The notes under the pieces were generated by a model. The model was not told the origin of the DNA, searched no databases, and was given only the letters and a program-made list of their open reading frames with translations. This document shows, one piece after another, positions 15,971 through 23,473 of a stretch of 64,000 nt of DNA. The stretch is from a virus. The stretch lies in the IMG/VR virus record IMGVR_UViG_3300022213_000004; one strand, given 5' to 3'. Within the stretch, counting starts at the first letter, position 1. Each line of letters starts with the position of its first letter. A program made the position numbers and the translations under genes.

Positions 15971-16101
15971 GAATTGCATTTCTGATTGCTACTCTAGCAT
16001 TAGGACTTCGCGTTGGTCTTGCTGCTCATGCTACCGTGAATGAGTATCAAGAACATCAAGCAGATCGCTTCTGTCAAATTGACCCTAACTACTGCAAATA
16101 A
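15967..16101 (+). CDS. Small exported or membrane peptide
   Basis: 44 aa; signal-like N-terminus; C-terminal FCQIDPNYCK. Confidence 0.55.
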   Translation: MRIAFLIATLALGLRVGLAAHATVNEYQEHQADRFCQIDPNYCK

Positions 16102-16340
16102 TGCAATTCCAAGTTACTGAAATTGAGTTTGATTTTGATGATGAATGTCCGTATTGTGGCGAGAATCAATCTCCAGAACATGATGCCGAATGTGATGGAT
16201 TCTTGGAGTTTGATTATGTCACTCAAGCAACAATCGGTCAAATCTGGGAGGCAGATGATGAAGATGATCTAGTTGAAGAGATCACAACTGCCTACGGTTG
16301 GTGTATCAAATCTCTTGATTATCGTCACGTTCTGAAATGA
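16101..16340 (+). CDS. Acidic hypothetical protein, paralog of 18403-18639
   Basis: QVTEIEFD..GQIW..LVEEI; CPYC..H..C insert. Confidence 0.65.
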   Translation: MQFQVTEIEFDFDDECPYCGENQSPEHDAECDGFLEFDYVTQATIGQIWEADDEDDLVEEITTAYGWCIKSLDYRHVLK

Positions 16341-16513
16341 CCTATCAGGATTTGCTTTTCTTTCTTCAAACTCTTGATCATCAGCAACTCAAACGTCAAG
16401 TTGCAATTTATGATGAAGAGTGTGATTTGCTAAAGGATGCAACTTCTTTGCGAATTACCGCATATGAAACTCCAACGGTCATTGATAAAGATTACCCATA
16501 CCTGGTAGTCTGA
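16337..16513 (+). CDS. Hypothetical protein
   Basis: 58 aa MTYQDLLFFLQTL..YPYLVV. Confidence 0.6.
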   Translation: MTYQDLLFFLQTLDHQQLKRQVAIYDEECDLLKDATSLRITAYETPTVIDKDYPYLVV

Positions 16514-16520
16514 GCGATTC

Positions 16521-16707
16521 TCAACAGTTTCAGATGGACCGTCGATGAGATTGCGGCGGATGACCTAGGACACCTGGACCCCTAAATTGCAGGAAAATCC
16601 CAAATCAACAGTTTCACACGAGACTGCAATGGGACGGCATCCTGCGGTGGGGGGTGCCTGGGTTGCAGGCGGAATCGCAGAAAAACCAAAGTTTTTCAAC
16701 GGTTTCA
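16521..16707. repeat. Three dispersed TCAACRGTTTCA repeats in a GC-rich intergenic segment
   Basis: Copies at 16521, 16605, 16696. Confidence 0.7.
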
Positions 16708-16783
16708 CTATGTGTCCCGCATAGGACTCAGGGGGGTTGGTGCTTTCAAGCAAAATCCAGTCTCAATAAGTCCAATTATGAGA

Positions 16784-16841
16784 TGTGCCACTTGTTCTTG
16801 TGGCACACTAAATGAGCACAGACCCCAAAAAGTGCTATATT
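16784..16841 (+). promoter_or_regulatory. Palindrome/-10 promoter copy 13
   Basis: Perfect TGTGCCAC-N8-GTGGCACA, 28 bp, TGC-TATATT. Confidence 0.8.
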
Positions 16842-16896
16842 AAAAGGGTGGAGGGAGTCACGCCCCGCCTCAAACGTCAAACTAACACAAACTACA

Positions 16897-17094
16897 ATGA
16901 CTGTTGATTTCTCTAAGGATGTTATGCTCGGTATGCTCCGCAAAGGTGCTACTGGCACTCAACTCCTGGATATTCTGAATGTCCTGGTTCCTGAGCAAAT
17001 TGAACTCACCCGTGAGTATGTTTGTGAGCAACTAGGAATTGCTGATTGTCCTGAGAATGATGATGAGATTGCTGCTTATATGGCAGCGGTCTGA
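16897..17094 (+). CDS. Hypothetical protein
   Basis: KGATGTQLLDILN motif shared with 7212 and 21363. Confidence 0.65.
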   Translation: MTVDFSKDVMLGMLRKGATGTQLLDILNVLVPEQIELTREYVCEQLGIADCPENDDEIAAYMAAV

Positions 17095-17130
17095 GTTTAA
17101 TTTGGGGGGAGATTATTCTCCCCTCTGTGG

Positions 17131-17202
17131 GGCAATTTAGTTCAGTGGTGGAACAAGAGATTCATACCCTCTATGTCGGTGGTTCGATTCCACCAATTGC
17201 TA
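17131..17202 (+). tRNA. tRNA with CAU anticodon (elongator Met or Ile2)
   Basis: Acceptor GGCAATT/AATTGCT; D-stem GTTC/GAAC; loop TTCATAC; T-arm GGTGG-TTCGATT-CCACC; not an initiator (no 3 G-C pairs). Confidence 0.85.
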
Positions 17203-17227
17203 CTTTATTCTTTTACTTTTGATTCCA

Positions 17228-17416
17228 ATGTTTGTTATTTGCCCCAAGTCTTTTGATTTGATTGATGCAGAGTGGTTTGATAATTTTTATGAAGCAAAGG
17301 AAGAGGCACTTGATTGGAGTGTTGAACTTGCTGGTGAAGATGTAATTGTATATGAAGCAATCGAAGAAGATGAAGGTGCTTATGACTTTCAGAAACGATA
17401 TTCTATTTGTGCTTGA
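17228..17416 (+). CDS. Acidic hypothetical protein
   Basis: MFVICPK..EAKEEALDWSVE. Confidence 0.6.
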   Translation: MFVICPKSFDLIDAEWFDNFYEAKEEALDWSVELAGEDVIVYEAIEEDEGAYDFQKRYSICA

Positions 17417-17582
17417 TGAGAACTAAAACACTCACATTCAAATCGCCAGATCGAATGAAAGTTATTGCACTGATTTTTGTTGTTTCGTTTATATTGTCTC
17501 CAAGTATAAGGAATCTAACTGCAAATACACTTTACACTGTTGCTGACATTATAAGCACAACTCGGTGAGTCTAGTGTTGAGA

Positions 17583-17640
17583 TGTACCACTTGTACTGGT
17601 GGCACAGTAAATGAGCACGGTGCCCAAAGTGTGGTAGATT
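17583..17640 (+). promoter_or_regulatory. Palindrome/-10 promoter copy 14
   Basis: TGTACCAC-TTGTACTG-GTGGCACA, 28 bp, TGG-TAGATT. Confidence 0.78.
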
Positions 17641-17690
17641 AAGAAGGTGGAGGGAGTGAGTCCCTCCCGAGTCCAATTCTTCATTTTATT

Positions 17691-18365
17691 ATGGATCGCG
17701 CACAAGTTATTGCAAAGATTCAGTCCATTCTGAAACTGCAAGAAAATACCACTTTTGATGGTGAGGCATCCGCTGCCGCTGCAATGATTGATAAACTGTG
17801 CAAACAGTATGGTATTACAATCAATGAGGCAACTGAAACTCAAGTTATTGATGAAGAGTTTCTCACTTTCAAGCGTGTTAATGCTGCACTGAGTCTTCTG
17901 CTTAATGCTGTTGCAAACTTCTATGATGCAAAAGCATATCTGAAGAATGGCGATACTAAATCCATTCAGGTAATCGGTTCTGAGGCACAACAAATCCAAG
18001 TGCGCCTCTATTATGATTACCTGGTGCAGGTGATGGAGAAAGAAGTAGAAGTTGCACATAAAGCAGAAAAGATTCTTTCTTCTCTGCGCGGTGATACTGT
18101 TTCTCGCAGTTTCAAGATTAACTTCCGCAAAGCATTTGCTGAGAAAGTATCTCTGCGACTGCAAGAAATGAAACAGGAAGAGGGTCGAGTTCATGATGAT
18201 GCTGATGCAGTGAAAACCAAACTCTCTGCTATGCGATTCGGTCGCGCAAAGAAAATGAATGGCGCAAGTGGTGCTGGTGCTTATGCTGGTTCTAATGTTG
18301 GTGCTGGTGTTTCTTTGAACCGTCAAGCATCTGGTTCTGTTGCAAAGCAACTGTGCGGTGTGTGA
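17691..18365 (+). CDS. DUF2786-like domain protein
   Basis: N-terminal KIQSILKL..GEASAAAAMIDKLCKQYGI; Gly/Ala-rich C-terminus. Confidence 0.7.
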   Translation: MDRAQVIAKIQSILKLQENTTFDGEASAAAAMIDKLCKQYGITINEATETQVIDEEFLTFKRVNAALSLLLNAVANFYDAKAYLKNGDTKSIQVIGSEAQQIQVRLYYDYLVQVMEKEVEVAHKAEKILSSLRGDTVSRSFKINFRKAFAEKVSLRLQEMKQEEGRVHDDADAVKTKLSAMRFGRAKKMNGASGAGAYAGSNVGAGVSLNRQASGSVAKQLCGV

Positions 18366-18402
18366 GTTATACACCTCCATTCTCATTCCTTCTTAATTCA
18401 AA

Positions 18403-18639
18403 ATGCCACAAGTACAGATTACTGAAATTGAGTTCGACCTGGACACACTTGATAGTATCCAACAACCGAATATGAAAGAATCGCTGCAAGAAGAGTATGT
18501 GGGGCAAATATATGACCTCGATATGTGTTGTTATGAGGAAGTGAATGATGAGACTGTATGTGATTGTTTAGTTCAAGAGATTGCCAATCAATCAGGTTTG
18601 TATATCAACCTGATTAACTTTGATTACGTCCTTTCCTGA
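18403..18639 (+). CDS. Acidic hypothetical protein, paralog of 16101-16340
   Basis: QITEIEFD..GQIY..LVQEI. Confidence 0.65.
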   Translation: MPQVQITEIEFDLDTLDSIQQPNMKESLQEEYVGQIYDLDMCCYEEVNDETVCDCLVQEIANQSGLYINLINFDYVLS

Positions 18640-18648
18640 GATTACAAA

Positions 18649-18978
18649 ATGAACGCACAACTGACTGTTGATGAGTGTAAAGTGATGTGGGTCGTTGGTG
18701 CATTGGAACGACTTGCAACTCTGGGACTACTTTCACCCGATATTCCAACTCGACTCACTGCTGATGCAATTGATATTTTTATTGAAATTGACCGTGATGT
18801 AGACTTACTTTTCTCAAGCGATTATGAAATTGCAAGTATTTTCCGCGAAATTGCATCTACGTTCAATGAACGTGAAGTTGATGAAAATGATATGAGAAGT
18901 ATTGTAAATCTGATTCTTGAGTTTAAGAATAATCGCACTGAGATGGTGAAGTATGCACTCTCGCATCAAATCATCTGA
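18649..18978 (+). CDS. Hypothetical protein
   Basis: 109 aa ORF. Confidence 0.65.
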   Translation: MNAQLTVDECKVMWVVGALERLATLGLLSPDIPTRLTADAIDIFIEIDRDVDLLFSSDYEIASIFREIASTFNEREVDENDMRSIVNLILEFKNNRTEMVKYALSHQII

Positions 18979-18992
18979 GTCCAATGATACGC

Positions 18993-19050
18993 TGTGCCAC
19001 TTGTACTGGTGGCACAGTAAAAGAGCACGGGGGTCAAATTGTGGTATTCT
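18993..19050 (+). promoter_or_regulatory. Palindrome/-10 promoter copy 15
   Basis: Perfect TGTGCCAC-TTGTACTG-GTGGCACA, 28 bp, TGG-TATTCT. Confidence 0.8.
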
Positions 19051-19107
19051 TAAAGGGTGGAGGGAGCAGGTCTCACTGTCCCACCCGAGTCCCATTGTTT
19101 ATTCTTT

Positions 19108-19686
19108 ATGACTTCTTTCACTGTTGTTAAGAAAGGCGAAGAGATTCAGTTTGATTCTTCTTTTGCTGATGTGAATGAGGCGAAAGATTATCTGAGTAAG
19201 CATATGTCTTTCAATGACTTTGCAATGCAACTGGTGGAGAAGAAGAAACTTTCTGAAAAGCAAGTTGCTTGGGTTCACTATCTTGCAACTCAAGATGTGA
19301 TTGATGCTCAAACTCCTGTTGAGTTTGGTCCTTACAAGCAACTGGTAAATAAGATGTATGATGCAGGTGCATATCGTGCGACTAAGTTTCAAGTGCGACT
19401 GCCTGGAATTACTCTTTCCACGGTAACTAAAGGTGCCAACATTGGTTGTGTTTATGTCTTCGAGAACAACAACTATGTGGGTAAGATTACTGCTACTGGT
19501 GATCTGAAAGGTAATGCTTCGGAAGATGTGCTGAATCTGCTGGAAGATGCCAATGATAATCTTCTGCAACTGGCAAAGATTTATGGTCACGAGACTGGTT
19601 CTTGTTCCATTTGTAGTCGCACATTGAATGATCCTCTCTCGGTGCAAATGGGAATTGGTCCTATTTGTGCAAAGCGCCTTGCCTAG
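19108..19686 (+). CDS. DUF6011-like zinc-binding domain protein
   Basis: C-terminal CSICSRTLNDPLSVQMGIGPICA. Confidence 0.75.
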   Translation: MTSFTVVKKGEEIQFDSSFADVNEAKDYLSKHMSFNDFAMQLVEKKKLSEKQVAWVHYLATQDVIDAQTPVEFGPYKQLVNKMYDAGAYRATKFQVRLPGITLSTVTKGANIGCVYVFENNNYVGKITATGDLKGNASEDVLNLLEDANDNLLQLAKIYGHETGSCSICSRTLNDPLSVQMGIGPICAKRLA

Positions 19687-19721
19687 TTCTTATTCATCTG
19701 TCCCACATAACCACAACTCCA

Positions 19722-19970
19722 ATGTTCGATCAACTTCAATTCAAAGCACATCATCTTCCTGGTGCAATTCAAGGAAGGTATAAGTTCAGCAATGGATGGA
19801 GTATTTCTGTTGTTGCTGGACTTCCTGGTTGTGGATTGTATGGTAGTGTATTTGATGGCACTTTTGAAGTTGCAATTATTCGACCGAATGGTAATATGAC
19901 TGAAGATGTAATTGGATGGAATACTAAAGATGAAGTTTCTGCAATGATGAAAGTTCTTGTGCAATTATGA
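19722..19970 (+). CDS. Conserved-type phage hypothetical protein
   Basis: KFSNGWSISVV..LYG..FEVAII..EDVIGW. Confidence 0.7.
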   Translation: MFDQLQFKAHHLPGAIQGRYKFSNGWSISVVAGLPGCGLYGSVFDGTFEVAIIRPNGNMTEDVIGWNTKDEVSAMMKVLVQL

Positions 19971-20152
19971 ACACAGAAGACCAGGTTAAACTGTTAATGC
20001 AACGGATTCGAGAACTTCAGAAAGAGAGGGACAATGTACCTAAACATCAAGTTCAGGTAATTGAATCTATTACTGAAGACATCAATTACTATCAGAATCA
20101 AATTAACTTTTTACTCACTGAAAATGTCCAAAACTCATCGCAACTACGGTAA
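19967..20152 (+). CDS. Small coiled-coil protein
   Basis: Coupled ORF. Confidence 0.55.
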   Translation: MNTEDQVKLLMQRIRELQKERDNVPKHQVQVIESITEDINYYQNQINFLLTENVQNSSQLR

Positions 20153-20342
20153 CAAATATCCTTATCGCAAACCAAAAACATTCAATGAGCGCAAACAGTT
20201 AGAAACATTGTTGCATGATGATGAAGTACAACTGAGCAATCGGGAAAAAGCAAAAATCAACTCTCTTCCCACTGTTTATGATGATATTGTGAAGAGTGGA
20301 TTTTATGAAGAGTATAACTGGAAGCATTACTGGGATTGTTAA
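20124..20342 (+). CDS. Hypothetical protein
   Basis: YRKPKTFNERKQ..LPTVYDDI. Confidence 0.65.
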   Translation: MSKTHRNYGNKYPYRKPKTFNERKQLETLLHDDEVQLSNREKAKINSLPTVYDDIVKSGFYEEYNWKHYWDC

Positions 20343-20348
20343 ACACAC

Positions 20349-20579
20349 ATGAAAATCACAACCACTCAAACTCTCAAGCATTTGATTGAAGAACTGGAAG
20401 CAGATCTAAATGATCTTGCAATTCAAATGAATGATGAAGTTGATGCTCATTGTTTAGATGATAATGATGATGGTTGGCATGAAACTCATATGGAGCAATT
20501 AAATGATGAGTATGAAGAGAAACAAGAACATCTGAGTAATCTTAAAACTCTGTTGAGTTCTCTACTCTTTCAAGGGTGA
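20349..20579 (+). CDS. Acidic coiled-coil protein
   Basis: 76 aa, D/E rich. Confidence 0.6.
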   Translation: MKITTTQTLKHLIEELEADLNDLAIQMNDEVDAHCLDDNDDGWHETHMEQLNDEYEEKQEHLSNLKTLLSSLLFQG

Positions 20580-20690
20580 GACGGCATACCCATAAGGGAT
20601 GCTGATAGTTAGAAGAACCCAAAGTGTATCAGGGCGAACTACGGCACACCCTACCCCCATGCTATGATGAACGGAGTTCAGAGTTAAGGA

Positions 20691-20867
20691 ATGACTACTG
20701 CTCAACGGATGGAACGTCAATTCTTTATTTCTTTCATTGAACTTGTAAATGAAGTCCAAAGTGCAAAGACTAAACTTCCTTCACAAGTTAAGTCTTACAA
20801 AAAGTCTGCATGGGTAAAACAAAATCACAATCCCCGACAGAAAGTTGATGCTCTGTCCCGCGTTTGA
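20691..20867 (+). CDS. Hypothetical protein
   Basis: 58 aa; AAGGA RBS; TGC-TATGAT -10 at 20663. Confidence 0.6.
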   Translation: MTTAQRMERQFFISFIELVNEVQSAKTKLPSQVKSYKKSAWVKQNHNPRQKVDALSRV

Positions 20868-20905
20868 TTTTTACCCCACCCCATAACATCCAAACAACAA
20901 ACAAA

Positions 20906-21067
20906 ATGATCATTAAGTACACTTTCGACATTGAAACTCAACAACCTGCATATGCAATTTGTAATCATCAACATCAATGTGGTTATGTGACTTATGATAT
21001 TACAAAAGCAATTCAAGCAGCACAATGTAAGGATTTCGCACAACTGCAACAACTCATCAATGCCTGA
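20906..21067 (+). CDS. Hypothetical protein
   Basis: ORF in operon. Confidence 0.55.
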   Translation: MIIKYTFDIETQQPAYAICNHQHQCGYVTYDITKAIQAAQCKDFAQLQQLINA

Positions 21068-21218
21068 AATGTACGAAGTTACTTATCAAACTCCTTACAA
21101 CAATCAAGAGTGGAGAAGTCAATACTTTAACACTAAAGAAAAAGCGCAATCAATGGTAGAGTTTTATAGATCTTGTGGATCACCTGCTAAACTGATTAAA
21201 CATAAAGTAAGTAACTGA
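21060..21218 (+). CDS. Hypothetical protein
   Basis: EWRSQYF..A.SMVEFYRSCGSPA. Confidence 0.65.
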   Translation: MPEMYEVTYQTPYNNQEWRSQYFNTKEKAQSMVEFYRSCGSPAKLIKHKVSN

Positions 21219-21442
21219 AATGACTGAATTGATTTTTAATTTCACACCTGAAGAATTAGAAGTTCTTCAATCAATCATTTCATTCATTGATGATGTAGGT
21301 ATTCCTGACCACATCAATCAAAATGCTTATGATTCATTATTCAATAAGGTAATGAGTAACTGATGAAAAAGAAAACCAAAATCGAACTGCTCTCAAAAGC
21401 ACAAACAGGAAATGAACTTCTTATTATTCTCAATTACTTCAA

Positions 21443-21715
21443 ATGATTGATTCAGTAAAACTTCATTCAACTCTGTTTCAAATCTGCAATACTGATGAGA
21501 ATGTACTTCAACAAGTATTGGATGAATATGTGAGTTCATTGAATGATACTGAACTTAGAACACTTGAAAGGTTTATTGTAATGCACGATTCAACACTTGA
21601 TCTTTTCTGTCAGCATGAAGATGAAAATTATGCTGATGAATATGCAATGGAATTAGAAAGGAAAGCAGCAGAATTAGAAGTAACTGTTGATTACTATGTG
21701 ATGGAGTTTATTTAA
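21443..21715 (+). CDS. Hypothetical acidic protein; last gene of the early block
   Basis: 90 aa; C-terminus paralogous to 2017-2154. Confidence 0.65.
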   Translation: MIDSVKLHSTLFQICNTDENVLQQVLDEYVSSLNDTELRTLERFIVMHDSTLDLFCQHEDENYADEYAMELERKAAELEVTVDYYVMEFI

Positions 21716-21800
21716 TATAATATTATCGTTATATTAAAAAATGTATTAAAAAACATATATGTGATGATTGTTTGTATAATGATTAGTATTGAATAATGGT

Positions 21801-21884
21801 ATTGATATGAATTCTTATTAGTTGTTGATATTGATATGAATTCTTATTAGTTGTTGATATTGATATGAATTCTTATTAGTTGTT
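21801..21884. repeat. 29-bp tandem repeat, 2.9 copies
   Basis: Unit ATTGATATGAATTCTTATTAGTTGTTGAT, exact. Confidence 0.95.
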
Positions 21885-21894
21885 CTAAACCTTA

Positions 21895-21976
21895 TTAAAT
21901 GCCGGTTCTTATCGTTAAATGCCAGTTCTTATCGCGGTCTTAAAGTTAATTAAATGCCGGTTCTTATCGCGGTCTT
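21895..21976. repeat. 20-27 bp direct repeats, 3 copies
   Basis: TTAAATGCCRGTTCTTATCG at 21895, 21915, 21950; the last two extend with CGGTCTT. Confidence 0.92.
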
Positions 21977-21983
21977 GGCTTGC

Positions 21984-22012
21984 ATTATACCAGCACTCGG
22001 TGATTTTGTCAA
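21984..22012 (-). promoter_or_regulatory. Consensus sigma70 promoter firing leftward into the tandem repeats
   Basis: On - strand TTGACA-17-TATAAT with extended TG; no ORF downstream. Confidence 0.8.
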
Positions 22013-22018
22013 TACCGG

Positions 22019-22078
22019 GAAGACACATAAAATACTGGCACACCTCACATAAACATAATATAACGATACTGTTATAAC
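22019..22078 (+). promoter_or_regulatory. Palindrome/-10 promoter copy 16 (degenerate), no downstream ORF
   Basis: GAAGACAC-N8-CTGGCACA, 30 bp, TGT-TATAAC. Confidence 0.5.
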
Positions 22079-22436
22079 TTATGAGAATGGGTTATCTATA
22101 AGATTTCCCAGATATCGGGTAATACTTATAAACACTCCCAGACACCTCTGTATGCCCCTGCAAGGCACTTATAAACACTCTCAGGGGTCAGAGTACCTAA
22201 TAAGACTTAATTCAATCTTTTGTCATAAAGACCTGACATAAGATGCAAATGTGAAAATAAGACTTATAAATAAATCACCTATTCAAATTCAATAGAGCAG
22301 CTCTTGAACTTTCCTACGGGATCAAAAGGTAACAAACTGACAGAAAGAGAATAGAAACATCAAACACTGATGGTTTATATGAAAGGCGAACAGGGTTTAA
22401 TATAAGATTTCCCGATGTGCCAAATGCCCGATGAAG

Positions 22437-22759
22437 AATATCAAACTCTTTCGTGATTAGGTACTTTCCGTGCCATTGAATTACTTACAATCAATGCTAA
22501 ACATAAAGAATCAAAAATTCATTCGTGTTTAGATAGATTTCGTATGGCTTTTTATAATATCAAACACACAATGAGATAACAACTCAAAGTTTGTTCGTGA
22601 TTAGATAAGATTCGTACAGAACAATCATCACTTACAAGACTAAGCAGAATGAAATCAAAAATTCATTCGTGTTTAGATAAGATTCGTATTGCAATTTAAT
22701 TTGATAGGATTATCAGAGCATTTGCAAATAAAAAGATTCGTGTATAATTAAGATTCGTT
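22437..22759. repeat. Five imperfect 36-bp repeats at 72-bp period
   Basis: Consensus AATCAAAAATTCATTCGTGTTTAGATAAGATTCGTA; TTCGTG cores at 22450, 22522, 22594, 22666, 22737. Confidence 0.85.
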
Positions 22760-22771
22760 GTAGAGAATTCC

Positions 22772-22800
22772 TTGACAGGGGTAATAAGGTCTGGTAGAAT
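22772..22800 (+). promoter_or_regulatory. Sigma70 promoter
   Basis: TTGACA-17-TAGAAT with extended TG. Confidence 0.75.
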
Positions 22801-22832
22801 TTACAAGTAGAGTTTATTCGTTCTTCCGTCTT

Positions 22833-23000
22833 ATGGCAACTTCTTCTCTCACAGCACAAAAGAATAAGTATCGTATCACGTTAGAACTCAACGTGAATGA
22901 AGATTTTAATCCTCATCAGATTGATTGGAATAAACTCTTTGACCTTGAGAGTAATGAATACGTTAAGAGTTATGTAGAAGATCTTAACGTGCGTTGGTAA
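22833..23000 (+). CDS. Small hypothetical protein isolated within the non-coding region
   Basis: 55 aa KYRITLELNVNEDFNPHQIDWNKLFDL..; own promoter. Confidence 0.7.
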   Translation: MATSSLTAQKNKYRITLELNVNEDFNPHQIDWNKLFDLESNEYVKSYVEDLNVRW

Positions 23001-23473
23001 TTAGAATACACTTGTAGTTTCTCTGAGTGTATTATACTCAACGACAGTAAGATACATCGCTTGGTAAATGTATTCGTTTATTATTATTACTTTGTCTGAT
23101 TGTTTATATTCTCTCAGAGCAACTTAATTCTTTATACTTATCATTATTCGTCGTTAATTGGCAGCAGTTCGTATAAAGAATAGGCAATTCTTATTGTATA
23201 AGTAGCGTAATTGTTGGGGATTCGTATAAAGAACTGCGTTGTTTTATTAGAATAACGCAGTGATTTGGGGCAGTTAATATAAAATAGACGAATAATGATA
23301 GTTATTCGTTGTCAGTTTGTTATTCGTTATAGCAGTTATTTGATTTTATTGTTGATTGTTTATATTTTGCGTTGCCGCCCCCGTTTATAAAAAATCGATA
23401 AGTCCCTAACCTACACTGTATGTCTTTTTCGACCTCTATTTCACTTTCATAAAAAAAAAATTCCCAGAAAAAA

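Noticed and set aside
15852-16043. 63-aa ORF from the track
   Set aside because: Two coupled ORFs in other frames (15836-15970 and 15967-16101) tile the region better.
16527-16730. CRISPR repeats starting with GTTTCA
   Set aside because: Sequence after GTTTCA is not conserved between copies.
20602-20668. Full palindrome copy before gene 20691
   Set aside because: A TG-extended -10 is present, but only a weak right half-site; not counted among the 16.
22437-22759. Bona fide CRISPR array
   Set aside because: Repeats are degenerate and non-palindromic, lack typical GTTT/GAAAC ends, alternate spacers resemble each other, and no cas genes are in the window. Kept as an unexplained array.
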